From an uncultured Marinoscillum sp. (GTDB taxonomy: Bacteria; Bacteroidota; Bacteroidia; Cytophagales; MED-G16), in NCBI GenBank assembly GCA_902634135.1, contig CACPJB010000001.1, forward strand, positions 8,186-72,185: a stretch of 64,000 nucleotides of DNA. The letters are read 5' to 3'. This document shows, piece by piece, positions 20,186 through 30,705 of the stretch. Numbering within the stretch: the stretch's first letter is position 1; each line of letters starts with the position of its first letter. The translations under genes and the position numbers were made by a program. A model generated the notes under the pieces. It searched no databases. It was not told where the DNA came from and saw only the letters and a program-made list of their open reading frames with translations.

Positions 20186-22597
20186 CTACTTTCTAATTTC
20201 TGCTTTTAAATCTTTTTCAAATCTCATGATCAAGTTATCCATAGTACTATTAATAATTTTATCTTCTAAAGTTTTATTATCATCATGTAGAACAAATCTC
20301 AATGCGTAAGCAATTTTATTTTCACCAATTCTATCTCCCTCATATATATTATATAACGAATAGTTTTTAATTATTTTTTTTCTATTATGATCAATAACAG
20401 AAGCAATTTCTGAAAACTTCTGATTTTTTGATAAAATAATTGAGAGGTCTCTTTTTACTTCAGGAAACTTTGAGATTTTAGTAAATGAGAATTCTTTTTT
20501 TAAACATGTTAAATAATTTTCCCATAAGATTTCAGCGTAATATAGTTTTTGAACAATATCAAAAGTCTTAAGGAGACTTTGTTTTACTTCTCCTATTCTA
20601 CAAATTACTTTTTTATCCTGAATTATTTCAATACAATTAAATAGTGATTTTGATTCCAGCTCTTTTACTTTATAATTATTGATGTCACCCAAAATCAATA
20701 TTTTATTTATAATATTTTTAATATCAATAAATGATACTTCCTTAGATTTACTGTAAAAGTGTTCATCCTTATTAAGTCCAGTCATGTATAGGCCAAGCTT
20801 TTTTGTTTCAATGAATTTATTATCCTTTCCTTTATTATACACCTTATCAAATTCAAAAAATTTGATATTATTTTGTTTTCTGTTAAGGTTATAGCGAATA
20901 GATTCTAATCCAGTGAACAAAAGATTTTGTTTTAAAATAGCATGTTCATCACTTAGTTTATTAACCATCTCAATAGTTTTTGAGTCATCCCACGACTCAT
21001 TTTTTGAATATTTAAGTGAAGTGAGAGAGTTTGTAGTTATTTCATGAAATCCGGAACCGACAAGCATGTTAATAACTTTTGATAGTACATTGTTTTCGTA
21101 TGATCCTGTACTCTCATCTGATAAGAAATTACTTTGATTTTTAGATGATGTTTTTATGTTGTTATAACCATAAACTCTTAATATTTCTTCAACTATATCT
21201 GCTTCTCTTGTAACATCAACTCTGTAAGGAGGTACATCTGCTAGAATCTTATTTTTCTTATCTTCAATGTTTATATCTAAAAGAGTAAGTATTTCATTTA
21301 TTCTTTTTGTATCTATATCCTGTCCTATTAAGTTATTTATTCTTTCATAGTCAATCTCAATTTTTCTATTTTCTATCTTGTTTGGGTAAACATCATAAAT
21401 CTCAGATATAACATCTCCTTCACAATATTTATTAATAAGAATAGAAGCAAATTTAAGAGCAAATACTGTAATGTTTGGATCAATTCCTCTTTCAAATCTG
21501 TAAGATGCATCTGTTTTAAGGCCGTGATTTAAACTAGATTTTCTTATGTCTGAAGGATTAAAATAGGCGCTCTCTAAAAATATAGTTTTTGTTTCTTCAG
21601 TCACGCCTGAGTTTTCTCCACCAAATACTCCTGCAATGCACATGGGCTTATTTTCCCCGTCACAAATCATCAAATCATCTTCTTTAAGATTCCTTTCAAC
21701 TCCATCGAGAGTAATGAATTTTTCATTTTTATTTCCGTATCTAACTATTATTTTTTCTTTTGATACTTTCTCAAAATCAAATGCATGAAGAGGTTGTCCA
21801 AGGCTATGTAAAACATAGTTTGTGATATCTACTACGTTATTTATTGGATTAATACCTATTGATACAAGTAAGTTCTTAATTTCAGATGGGGACTCATTAA
21901 TTTTAATATTACCAATAACAACACCTGCGTATCTTGGACAAGCAGATGATTCTTGTATGTCAATTTCAATTTTTTTATCATTTGAAAAATTAAATTTTTT
22001 TACGTCTGGTAAAATAATCTCTCTTTTTTGTGATGCTTTAATATCTCTTGCTACTCCAAGATGTGATGCTGCATCAGCCCTATTTGGTGTTAGTGAGATA
22101 TCATAGACTGTGTCTGAAATTAAATCGAAATAGTTTACTGCTTTATCTCCAACTTTAGCTTTATCTTTTAATACTATAATTCCAGAATGTGAGTTTCCAA
22201 TTCCAATTTCATCCTCTGCACATATCATTCCGTTAGATTCTATATCTCTAATTTTTGCTTTTTTAATTTCAAGTATTTTTTTTTCAGTATTCTTAATTTT
22301 AGTTCCTGATTTAGCAACTACAACCTTCTGTCCAACTTCAATGTTTTTAGCTCCACATATTATGGAAAGACTTTCATTACCTGTATTTACCTTTGTTATA
22401 TTTAACCTATCAGCATTAGGGTGTTTTTCTATTTTAGTTATTTCGCCAACTATTAATTTACTTAAAAAGTCTTTATCCGGTTCAAAACAAATGACTTCAT
22501 CTACTTCAAGTCCAACTTCAGTAAGAATTGATTCTAAATCCTCAGGATTTTCACTTATTTCTATGAATTTTTTTAACCAGTTAAGAGATATTTTCAT
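20186..22597 (-). CDS. pheT: Phenylalanine--tRNA ligase beta subunit
   Basis: About 803 aa with tRNA-binding, B3/B4, B5 and FDX-ACB-like regions. The track start 22603 is TTG. ATG 22597 (MKISLNWLKKF) is the typical N-terminus. Confidence 0.93.
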   Translation of the reverse strand: MKISLNWLKKFIEISENPEDLESILTEVGLEVDEVICFEPDKDFLSKLIVGEITKIEKHPNADRLNITKVNTGNESLSIICGAKNIEVGQKVVVAKSGTKIKNTEKKILEIKKAKIRDIESNGMICAEDEIGIGNSHSGIIVLKDKAKVGDKAVNYFDLISDTVYDISLTPNRADAASHLGVARDIKASQKREIILPDVKKFNFSNDKKIEIDIQESSACPRYAGVVIGNIKINESPSEIKNLLVSIGINPINNVVDITNYVLHSLGQPLHAFDFEKVSKEKIIVRYGNKNEKFITLDGVERNLKEDDLMICDGENKPMCIAGVFGGENSGVTEETKTIFLESAYFNPSDIRKSSLNHGLKTDASYRFERGIDPNITVFALKFASILINKYCEGDVISEIYDVYPNKIENRKIEIDYERINNLIGQDIDTKRINEILTLLDINIEDKKNKILADVPPYRVDVTREADIVEEILRVYGYNNIKTSSKNQSNFLSDESTGSYENNVLSKVINMLVGSGFHEITTNSLTSLKYSKNESWDDSKTIEMVNKLSDEHAILKQNLLFTGLESIRYNLNRKQNNIKFFEFDKVYNKGKDNKFIETKKLGLYMTGLNKDEHFYSKSKEVSFIDIKNIINKILILGDINNYKVKELESKSLFNCIEIIQDKKVICRIGEVKQSLLKTFDIVQKLYYAEILWENYLTCLKKEFSFTKISKFPEVKRDLSIILSKNQKFSEIASVIDHNRKKIIKNYSLYNIYEGDRIGENKIAYALRFVLHDDNKTLEDKIINSTMDNLIMRFEKDLKAEIRK

Positions 22598-22659
22598 TAT
22601 CAATAAAGTTAATAAATAAAATTAGAGAAAATTGATTTTAATAATGGAGAAGATGGTAT

Positions 22660-23256
22660 TTATTTAGTTAATTTTTCTCCAGCTAATATTTCCATATTAA
22701 TATAGTTTTCCCTTGTAGGTATAGGGCAGCTATATTCCTCATTATAGACACAGTAAGGATTGTATGATTTATTAAAGTCTAACTCAATTCTTTTTGCATT
22801 TTCAAATTCAATGTCAATATATCTTCCTCCTGGATATGTTGAGGTGCTATTGGTTTGATCTAAAAAGCAAAAAAACAAATCACCTCGATTTATTCCATCT
22901 AAATATTTGTAAACTGGTAAAGAGTACTTTGACCTCCCTAATTTAAAATCTAGATATGCAAAATCTAAAAACCTCTCAACATTTCCTGTTGAAGTTGCTA
23001 GTTTTATAGTGTCAGGTTCTTCATTTTGAGATACAGTAGCAATTACTTTATAATTTACATTTGGATCATAATATGATAATTTATATTCTGATCCTTTAAG
23101 TGGGGAAGACGATGAATTATTCAAAAAATCATTTCTTTCTTTTCTATATTCTTCTAGAATAATTGAATATTGATCATATTCTAGACTTGAATTGTATAGA
23201 TAATATGCAATTGATAAGAAAATGGATATTATTATTAATGGAACTATTCCCCTCAA
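22660..23256 (-). CDS. DUF1684 domain protein
   Basis: 198 aa with an N-terminal TM segment. The C-terminal NPYCVYNEEYSCPIP motif is typical of DUF1684. Confidence 0.7.
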   Translation of the reverse strand: MRGIVPLIIISIFLSIAYYLYNSSLEYDQYSIILEEYRKERNDFLNNSSSSPLKGSEYKLSYYDPNVNYKVIATVSQNEEPDTIKLATSTGNVERFLDFAYLDFKLGRSKYSLPVYKYLDGINRGDLFFCFLDQTNSTSTYPGGRYIDIEFENAKRIELDFNKSYNPYCVYNEEYSCPIPTRENYINMEILAGEKLTK

Positions 23257-23262
23257 GGATAA

Positions 23263-23517
23263 TTATTTTAAGCTATTAACTTTTTTTGTAAGCTTTGACT
23301 TTAAGTGAGCAGCTTTATTTTTATGAATAATATTGTTTTTAGATAATTTATCGATCATAGAAACAGCTTCAGGTAATTTTTTTACAGCTGTAGCTTTTTT
23401 AGTTTGTTGCTCTAATTTTTTTATAACAGTTCTTGTGGACTTATGTTGATACTTGTTCCTTAGTTTCTTAGTTTCACTAGATCTTATTCTTTTAATTGCA
23501 GATTTATGATTTGCCAT
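23263..23517 (-). CDS. rpsT: 30S ribosomal protein S20
   Basis: 84 aa, MANHKSAIKRIR N-terminus, basic. Confidence 0.9.
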   Translation of the reverse strand: MANHKSAIKRIRSSETKKLRNKYQHKSTRTVIKKLEQQTKKATAVKKLPEAVSMIDKLSKNNIIHKNKAAHLKSKLTKKVNSLK

Positions 23518-23597
23518 AATATTAATTTCGTGTGCAAAAATATATTTTTTTTAACATTCTCAAATATTCTAGAGGATTTTTATTCTAATATTAAAAA

Positions 23598-24632
23598 TTA
23601 ATTATTTAATGATATTTCACCAAAATTATTAATATTTAGGTCTGAGTTTGGGAAATCTAAATTTGTTAATCTTTTAATTTCTTTTGCTGCTTCGTTATTG
23701 TTATCTAGAACAGGTATACCTAAACCTATCTGTTTTGCAGATATAATTTTTCCACTTAAAAATTCACCTTTTTTGTTAATATTGACTTCAATAAGAGGGG
23801 CTAGGCCTCTATTCCCTGATAGATTAAACCTAGCATAAGTAGCGAAATTCCCAAGACTGTATGCTATAAACCTTCTTTTATACAAATCAATAGCTCTTAA
23901 CACATGAGGTCCATGTCCAAATACTAGATCAGCACCTGAATCAATTACAATCCTTGAAAACTCATGAGGATTACCTCTATTCTCACCTAAAAAATATTCT
24001 ATTTCTTTTGTAACTCTATTATATTTTGATCCTTCAGCACCTCCATGAAATGAAACAATAACTATATCACATAAAGAGTCCAAGAGACTTACTATTTCTT
24101 CAGCTTTTTCATAATTATTAATTTGAATAGTTCCTTTATTTGGTGAAAAAGATGCAAATCCATATTTGATATTATCCTTAGTAAAAATTGAATATGGTTT
24201 TTCAATTGTTCCTGAAAAGTAAATATTATTTTCTTCTAAAACTCTTTGAGTGTTTAACCTTCCAATCTTTCCAAAGTCGTTAATATGATTATTTGCTAAG
24301 CTAAGTATATTAAATCCTGCATTTTTATAATGTTTAGCATATTCGTCTGGACTTTTAAAAGCGTAACATTTTTTTGGATCACCACATTTTTTTACTTCTC
24401 CTTCTTTAGAAAGAATTGTACCTTCTAAATTTCCGAATGCTATATCAGCCTCTCTTATTGTTGCTGACACATTTTTTAATATATTATTTCCATTGTTTTT
24501 AGGTAAATATGAATTATTGGGGTAATTTGTTCCAATCATCATATCTCCAACTCCAATAATTTTTATGGTCTCATTATTGAAAGAATTTATTAAAATTTGA
24601 TATGCTAGGAATAGATATAATATAATGTTCAT
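23598..24632 (-). CDS. CapA-family metallophosphoesterase (poly-gamma-glutamate capsule synthesis-like)
   Basis: 344 aa with GVGDMMIG, SLANNHINDFG and HGGAEG motifs plus a signal-like N-terminus. Confidence 0.75.
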   Translation of the reverse strand: MNIILYLFLAYQILINSFNNETIKIIGVGDMMIGTNYPNNSYLPKNNGNNILKNVSATIREADIAFGNLEGTILSKEGEVKKCGDPKKCYAFKSPDEYAKHYKNAGFNILSLANNHINDFGKIGRLNTQRVLEENNIYFSGTIEKPYSIFTKDNIKYGFASFSPNKGTIQINNYEKAEEIVSLLDSLCDIVIVSFHGGAEGSKYNRVTKEIEYFLGENRGNPHEFSRIVIDSGADLVFGHGPHVLRAIDLYKRRFIAYSLGNFATYARFNLSGNRGLAPLIEVNINKKGEFLSGKIISAKQIGLGIPVLDNNNEAAKEIKRLTNLDFPNSDLNINNFGEISLNN

Positions 24633-24749
24633 TAATTTTTAAAATTTATATGTAAAAGTATTTTATATTTTATTAGAAAAAAAAATCGTTTTTATTTGAT
24701 TTTTTAATTATAAAAGTATTCTTTTTGCGAATAATTTAAATCTATTAAG

Positions 24750-24971
24750 ATGTACTGGACGTTAGAACTTGTTAATCACTTAGAAGATGCCCCTTGGCCA
24801 GCAACTAAAGATGAGTTAATTGAATTCTCTATTCGTACAGGTGCTCCTGCTGAAGTAACTGAAAACTTACAGGAACTAGAAGATGATGGTGCTCCATATG
24901 AAAGCATCGAAGAAATTTGGCCTGATTATCCTACTAAAGATGATTTCTTCTTTAATGAAGACGAGTATTAA
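24750..24971 (+). CDS. DUF2795 small acidic protein
   Basis: 73 aa with a WPATKDELIEF...GAP.EV pattern. Confidence 0.65.
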   Translation: MYWTLELVNHLEDAPWPATKDELIEFSIRTGAPAEVTENLQELEDDGAPYESIEEIWPDYPTKDDFFFNEDEY

Positions 24972-25615
24972 TTAAAATAATTAAGATCCTTCTTTGTTGT
25001 AATCTTAATATTTTCTTCCTCTCCCTCAACTAGATTAATATTTAAACCTAATTCTTCAATTAAACTGGCTTCATCAGTGTAGCTAATTTTTTCAATACTA
25101 TTTAGAGAGTCTTTAATAAGTTTTATCTCAAAAATTTGTGGCGTTTGTATTTGTACATATTTAGATCTGTCAACAGAAAAATTTTTATTACCATCAATTT
25201 TTCTTAAGGAATTTATTGTTTGAGTAAAAGGAATTGCATTCCCATTTTTTTCAGCTTCAATAAATAAACTATTTATTAATTCTGTAGAAAGAAATGGTCT
25301 TACACCATCATGAATACCAATCAAGCCATTTTTAGACTTTATAGCATTGACTCCATTCCTAACAGATATATTTCTATGGTCTCCACCCATAACTATTATG
25401 TCATTTATATCAATAAATTTATTTATATAATTACTCCATTTCTTGAAGTCTGTTTTAGGTAAAACTATGTATATATTAAGGTGGTCAATTTTTTTGAATA
25501 CATTATAGGTATGTATAATAATTGGTAATCCGTTAACTTCTAAAAACTGTTTGGGTATATCTGATTTCATCCTCTCTCCGGTTCCTGCTGCCATCAAGAT
25601 TATTGATTTTTCCAT
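24968..25615 (-). CDS. ispD: 2-C-methyl-D-erythritol 4-phosphate cytidylyltransferase
   Basis: 215 aa with an AAGTGERM P-loop-like motif and HDGVRPF. Confidence 0.88.
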   Translation of the reverse strand: MEKSIILMAAGTGERMKSDIPKQFLEVNGLPIIIHTYNVFKKIDHLNIYIVLPKTDFKKWSNYINKFIDINDIIVMGGDHRNISVRNGVNAIKSKNGLIGIHDGVRPFLSTELINSLFIEAEKNGNAIPFTQTINSLRKIDGNKNFSVDRSKYVQIQTPQIFEIKLIKDSLNSIEKISYTDEASLIEELGLNINLVEGEEENIKITTKKDLNYFN

Positions 25616-25622
25616 CTATATA

Positions 25623-26669
25623 TTAGATTATTAATAAAGCATCACCATATGTATGAAACATATACTTTTCTTTTATAGCTACTTTGTATGCCTTCATTAT
25701 TGTATCGAAACCTCCAAATGCAGTTGCCATCATAAGTAAGGTAGATTTCGGAGAATGAAAGTTTGTAATCATGCCACCACAAATTTTAAACTCATAAGGT
25801 GGAAAAATAAATTTATCAGTCCATCCTCCTTTGGATTTGAGTCTATCGTTTGCAGTTACAGCAGTCTCTAAGGTTTTCATACTTGAAGTACCAACAGCAA
25901 ATACTCTTTTATTATTATTGAGAGCATTATTTACAGCTATTGCAGTTTCTTCTGGAATAGAATAATTTTCTGAGTCCATTTTATGTTTTGTTAAATCTTC
26001 TACGTCTATATCTTTGAAAGTTCCTAAACCTGTGTGTGAAGTGATATTTACTATTTGTACACCTTTTAATTCCAATTTTTTAAGTAAAATTTCTGTAAAA
26101 TGAAGTCCAGCTGCTGGTGCAGCAACTGCACCAATATTTTTTGCATATACTGTTTGGAATCTTTCTTCATCTTTTTTGTCAACCTTTCTTTTAATTTCTT
26201 TGGGGAGAGGTGTTTCTCCATATTCATGAATAATATCATAGAAGTTTTTTTCACTGTCTTCAGGTATAAATCTAATTGTTCTTCCTCTTGATGTTGTATT
26301 ATCAATTACCTCTGCCACCAATTCACCATCTCCAAAATATAGTTTATTCCCCACTCTTATTTTTCTAGCAGGATCTACTAATACGTCCCATAAATTAAGT
26401 TCAGGATTAAGTTCTCTCAAAAGAAATACTTCAATTTTTGCTCCAGTTTTTTCTTTTTGTCCATATAATCTTGCTGGAAAAACTCTTGTGTCATTAAGAA
26501 CAAGTACATCATCTTCATTGAAATATTTAATTATATCTTTAAATTGTATGTGTTCTATTTTTCCAGACTCTTTATGAACTACCATGAGTCTAGATTCATC
26601 TCTATTTTCTGCAGGATGTAAGGCAGTTCTAGTTGATGCTAACTTAAAATCAAATTCAGAAAGTTTCAT
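25623..26669 (-). CDS. queA: S-adenosylmethionine:tRNA ribosyltransferase-isomerase
   Basis: 348 aa with N-terminal MKLSEFDF and a QueA-like sequence throughout ([13 protein letters not shown]). Confidence 0.9.
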   Translation of the reverse strand: MKLSEFDFKLASTRTALHPAENRDESRLMVVHKESGKIEHIQFKDIIKYFNEDDVLVLNDTRVFPARLYGQKEKTGAKIEVFLLRELNPELNLWDVLVDPARKIRVGNKLYFGDGELVAEVIDNTTSRGRTIRFIPEDSEKNFYDIIHEYGETPLPKEIKRKVDKKDEERFQTVYAKNIGAVAAPAAGLHFTEILLKKLELKGVQIVNITSHTGLGTFKDIDVEDLTKHKMDSENYSIPEETAIAVNNALNNNKRVFAVGTSSMKTLETAVTANDRLKSKGGWTDKFIFPPYEFKICGGMITNFHSPKSTLLMMATAFGGFDTIMKAYKVAIKEKYMFHTYGDALLII

Positions 26670-26741
26670 ATTTCTTTAATAAAATTATCTTAGTTTTGGA
26701 GTCTGCAAAACTAATTAATTAGTTTAACATACTTTTAATTT

Positions 26742-28001
26742 ATGAAATTATTTTTAAGGTTATTAAAAGAAAGCTTTGTCTTTTCATTCAATGCTTTAGT
26801 TGCTAATCCAGTTAGGACAGTCTTATCGCTTTTAGGTGTGACTATTGGAATATTTACTATAATAGCAGTTCTTTCTACAGTTGATTCTCTTGAAAGAAGT
26901 ATAAAGGATAATCTAAGCTTTCTAGGTACTGATAATTTAAGAGTTGAAAAATGGCCGTGGGATTTTAATAATCCCAGCTATGAATGGTGGAAGTTTTTTA
27001 GAAGGCCAGAACCTACTTACAGAGAATATGAGTTTTTAAAAGAAAATCTTATTAATGCTGAAGCTGTTGAAATTTTAACTTCTAGAGGGGGTGTGAATGT
27101 TAAGTTTAATAACAATAGCTCATTTGTTGATAATTTAAATGGTGTTGTTTTTGAAAATCAATTTTTTGGTGATTGGGAATTCGTTTCGGGAAGGTTTTTT
27201 ACTCAGAATGAGACTTTAATTGGTTCAAATGCCGCTATTATTGGTTATAAAATCATGGAAGATTTATTTAAAACTTCGGAATTTGCTATTGGTAAGCAAC
27301 TAAAAATTAAAGGTAAATCATATACTATAATTGGAGTTACGAAAGAGCAGGGAGAATCTTTTGGTGCAGGAGACTCATTTGATAGACAGATATTTATTCC
27401 ATTTAATAGCTTCAAAAAAATATATAAGGTTGGTAAAAAAGGTTCTAATGCCGTATTAAGGGTTAAGGGAAGGGGCGATGAAGATCCTGGTCTTATTAAT
27501 TTAGAGTATGAACTTAAAGGTTTATTAAGAGCTAAGAGAGGAATCAAACCAATTGAAGAAGATAGTTTTGCTATTAATAGACCAGAATATTTGGCTTCAT
27601 TTGTTTCAGCAATTTTTAGTACAATAAGTATTGCTGGATGGGTTATTGGTAGTTTTTCAATTTTAGTTGGAGGTTTTGGAATAGCTAATATTATGTTTGT
27701 TTCAGTAAAAGAAAGAGTACCTATAATAGGTCTTCAAAAGTCCCTTGGTGCTAAAAAATATTTTATTTTAATGCAGTTTTTATTTGAATCATCTTTTCTT
27801 AGCATTTTTGGTGGTTTATTTGGAATTTTCTTTGTTTTTTTATTGACATTACCAGATTTAGGATCGTTTGACCTGGTAATATCTTTAAAAAATGTTATTG
27901 TCGGAGTATCAATATCCTCTATAATTGGGATTCTTGCAGGCTTTTTTCCAGCTTTATTTGCTTCTAACCTTGATCCAGTTGAGGCGATTAGATCTAACTA
28001 G
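26742..28001 (+). CDS. ABC transporter permease, FtsX/MacB-like, with no adjacent ATPase
   Basis: 419 aa with an N-terminal TM, a large periplasmic domain and a C-terminal FtsX 3-TM bundle. Confidence 0.8.
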   Translation: MKLFLRLLKESFVFSFNALVANPVRTVLSLLGVTIGIFTIIAVLSTVDSLERSIKDNLSFLGTDNLRVEKWPWDFNNPSYEWWKFFRRPEPTYREYEFLKENLINAEAVEILTSRGGVNVKFNNNSSFVDNLNGVVFENQFFGDWEFVSGRFFTQNETLIGSNAAIIGYKIMEDLFKTSEFAIGKQLKIKGKSYTIIGVTKEQGESFGAGDSFDRQIFIPFNSFKKIYKVGKKGSNAVLRVKGRGDEDPGLINLEYELKGLLRAKRGIKPIEEDSFAINRPEYLASFVSAIFSTISIAGWVIGSFSILVGGFGIANIMFVSVKERVPIIGLQKSLGAKKYFILMQFLFESSFLSIFGGLFGIFFVFLLTLPDLGSFDLVISLKNVIVGVSISSIIGILAGFFPALFASNLDPVEAIRSN

Positions 28002-28989
28002 ATAGTTTCTCTTTTATTAAACCTTCGAGCTCACCCATTAATTCTGGATTGTCTTCAAGTATTGATTTGACTGAGTCTCTTCCTTGTCCTAACTTTTCTC
28101 CTTTGTATGAGAACCATGAACCAGATTTTTGTATTAGTTCAAGTTCAACACCCAAATCTAAAACTTCACCTGATTTTGAAATTCCTTTTCCGTACATAAT
28201 ATCAAATTCTACAACTTTAAAAGGAGGAGCAACTTTATTTTTTACAACTTTTACTTTTGTTCTATTGCCATTTATACTGTCTGGACTATCTTTTATTTGT
28301 CCGATTCTTCTTATGTCTAATCTTACAGAAGAATAAAATTTTAGTGCATTTCCACCTGTAGTTGTTTCTGGGTTGCCAAACATTACCCCAATTTTTTGTC
28401 TTAATTGGTTAATGAATATGCATATGCAACCTGATTTATGAATAACACCTGTTAGTTTTCTTAGTGCTTGAGACATTAACCTAGCTTGGAGTCCCATCAT
28501 ACTATCTCCCATTTCTCCTTCTATTTCCCCCTTTGGAACTAGTGCAGCAACTGAATCAATAACTATTATATCTATAGCATTAGATCTTATAAGTTGTTCA
28601 CTAATTTCAAGAGCTTGTTCCCCATTATCTGGCTGTGATATCAATAAATTTTCTGTATCTATTCCAAGGTTTTCTGCATATATCTTATCAAATGCGTGTT
28701 CAGCATCAATAAATGCAGCAATGCCTCCTTTTTTTTGTGCTTCCGCAATACAGTGCATTGATAGTGTAGTTTTACCTGAAGATTCAGGTCCATATATTTC
28801 TACTACTCTTCCTTTGGGTAATCCCCCAATTCCTAATGCAATGTCTAAACTTAATGATCCTGTTGGTATGCTAGGAATTTTAACAATATTTTCATCGCTT
28901 AATTTCATTATGGTGCCTTGACCATATGTCTTCTCTAGTTTTTCGATTGCTAAACTGAGAGCTTTTGATTTTTCTTTTGTTTCTTTCAT
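27994..28989 (-). CDS. recA: Recombinase A
   Basis: 331 aa with the GPESSGKTT Walker A and a canonical RecA sequence. Confidence 0.95.
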   Translation of the reverse strand: MKETKEKSKALSLAIEKLEKTYGQGTIMKLSDENIVKIPSIPTGSLSLDIALGIGGLPKGRVVEIYGPESSGKTTLSMHCIAEAQKKGGIAAFIDAEHAFDKIYAENLGIDTENLLISQPDNGEQALEISEQLIRSNAIDIIVIDSVAALVPKGEIEGEMGDSMMGLQARLMSQALRKLTGVIHKSGCICIFINQLRQKIGVMFGNPETTTGGNALKFYSSVRLDIRRIGQIKDSPDSINGNRTKVKVVKNKVAPPFKVVEFDIMYGKGISKSGEVLDLGVELELIQKSGSWFSYKGEKLGQGRDSVKSILEDNPELMGELEGLIKEKLSS

Positions 28990-29138
28990 TGTAATTAATT
29001 TTTGCTAAAATAAGTAGTATTAAAATAAAATACTAATATTTTTAGTAATATTTAATAAAAATTAACTTAAAGATCTCCAAATATACGTAGTTAGATTCTC
29101 ATATTTTAATATTTTTGCTACTTATAATACGATTTTAA

Positions 29139-29933
29139 TTGAATAATAAGTTAATATTTCTTTTTCTGTTTTTTCTGGCAAATACTATTTTGTCACAAGA
29201 TTATAATACCATTCCAGGAGAAAAGGTGGATTTTCTTGTCACATTTGGAATTTTTAATGCTGGAGAAGCGTCTATGGTGACCGATACTAAAATCCATTCG
29301 GTAGGTAATGAAGAAACCATTCAAATTGATGTGACAGGTAAATCTATAGGTCTCTTTGATTTATTTACAACAGTTAGAGATAAATGGGGTGTTTACATTA
29401 CAAAAAATGAATTGGAGCCAAAAAAATTCTATAAATATCTTAGAGAAGGTAAATATAGAAAGAATGAGATTTTAAATTTTGTTGAAAATTCTGATAGTGT
29501 TCAAATTGAAATTTTAGATAAGGAAACAAAAGAATTTGTTGAGCATAAATATTTGCATTTTGAAGATGATATTAAAAAAATAATTCGTTCTTACTTTATG
29601 AATTACTGGATAGCAAGTTTAGCATACTTGAGATCATTAGATTATTCGGAAACATTGTCCAGGGAATTAATTGAGATTCCTTATTTTGAAGAAAATGAGA
29701 AGTTTAGTTATCAAATGAAATTCTTGAGAAGAGATACTATAGAAACAAAGATTGGTAACTATAATTCATTGGTATTTGCTCCTGTAATACCTAAAAATAA
29801 ATTATTTGAGGAGGAAGACGCAGTAAAATTTTGGTTAACCGATGATAATAGAAAAATTCCTTTGAAGTTAGAAGCTAAAATGAACTTTGGAAGCTTCGTA
29901 ATTGAAGTGTCAGATTACTCTAATGTTAAATAA
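29139..29933 (+). CDS. DUF3108-like exported protein
   Basis: 264 aa with a signal peptide and a GEKVDFLVTFGIFNAGEA motif resembling the DUF3108 N-terminus. TTG start. Confidence 0.55.
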   Translation: MNNKLIFLFLFFLANTILSQDYNTIPGEKVDFLVTFGIFNAGEASMVTDTKIHSVGNEETIQIDVTGKSIGLFDLFTTVRDKWGVYITKNELEPKKFYKYLREGKYRKNEILNFVENSDSVQIEILDKETKEFVEHKYLHFEDDIKKIIRSYFMNYWIASLAYLRSLDYSETLSRELIEIPYFEENEKFSYQMKFLRRDTIETKIGNYNSLVFAPVIPKNKLFEEEDAVKFWLTDDNRKIPLKLEAKMNFGSFVIEVSDYSNVK

Positions 29934-30021
29934 AAATTAATTCTATATAACCAATAAATTAATAATTTAAAATTTGGTTAAATTTTGATATTAAATATTT
30001 TAAATCAGCTTAAATTGCAAT

Positions 30022-30705
30022 ATGTCAAAATCAGATTTTAAAATACTAGCTATTGATGATGAGAAGGACATACTATTACTTCTTAAATACAATTTAGAAT
30101 CAGAAGGTTATGTAGTAAAAACTGCCATATCAGGTAAAGAAGGTCTAAAAATTGCTAATAAAATGAATCCAGACCTTGTACTAATTGATATAATGATGCC
30201 AGAAATTGATGGCATTGAAACGTGTATAAAATTAAGAGAAATAGAAAAATTTCGATCTATTTTCATTTTATTTTTAACGGCTAGAGTAGAGGAGTATTCT
30301 GAGGTTGCGGCTTTTGAAGCTGGAGGTGATGACTATATAACTAAACCAATAAAGCCTAGAGCTCTGATAAGTAGGATAAATTCTTTTTATAAAAGAAAAT
30401 CATCAATTGAATCTAAAAATAGTTTAGTTAAAATTGATAATCTAACTATTAATAAAGATAGTTATGTTGTTAAATTAGATGATAAAGAAATATTTTTTCC
30501 AAAAAAAGAATTTGAATTATTACATTTTTTGGCAACCAACTCAAAAAAAGTATTTAGCAGAGAATCTTTACTAAGAAATATTTGGGGTACAGATGTTCAT
30601 GTTGTTGCAAGGACAGTTGATGTTCATATCAGGAAAATAAGAGAAAAATTAGGTCAAGGTATTATTAATACAATCAAAGGTGTTGGATATAAGTTTAAAA
30701 ATTGA
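30022..30705 (+). CDS. OmpR/PhoB-family response regulator
   Basis: 227 aa. The receiver has DD, LIDIMMP (phospho-Asp), LTAR and KP residues. The C-terminal winged-helix Trans_reg_C ends in GVGYKF. Confidence 0.85.
   Translation: MSKSDFKILAIDDEKDILLLLKYNLESEGYVVKTAISGKEGLKIANKMNPDLVLIDIMMPEIDGIETCIKLREIEKFRSIFILFLTARVEEYSEVAAFEAGGDDYITKPIKPRALISRINSFYKRKSSIESKNSLVKIDNLTINKDSYVVKLDDKEIFFPKKEFELLHFLATNSKKVFSRESLLRNIWGTDVHVVARTVDVHIRKIREKLGQGIINTIKGVGYKFKN

Noticed and set aside
29015-29035. Inverted repeat TAGTATT-N7-AATACTA upstream of recA, considered as a possible SOS/LexA-type operator or terminator
   Set aside because: It is almost entirely A/T, with one G:C pair per arm. It resembles no SOS box I can name, and palindromes of this size are expected by chance in about 20% GC intergenic DNA.
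29948-29980. TAACCAA ... TTGGTTA hairpin after the DUF3108-like gene, considered as a terminator
   Set aside because: The 7-bp stem is mostly A/T and has a 19-nt loop, so it is too weak to call.
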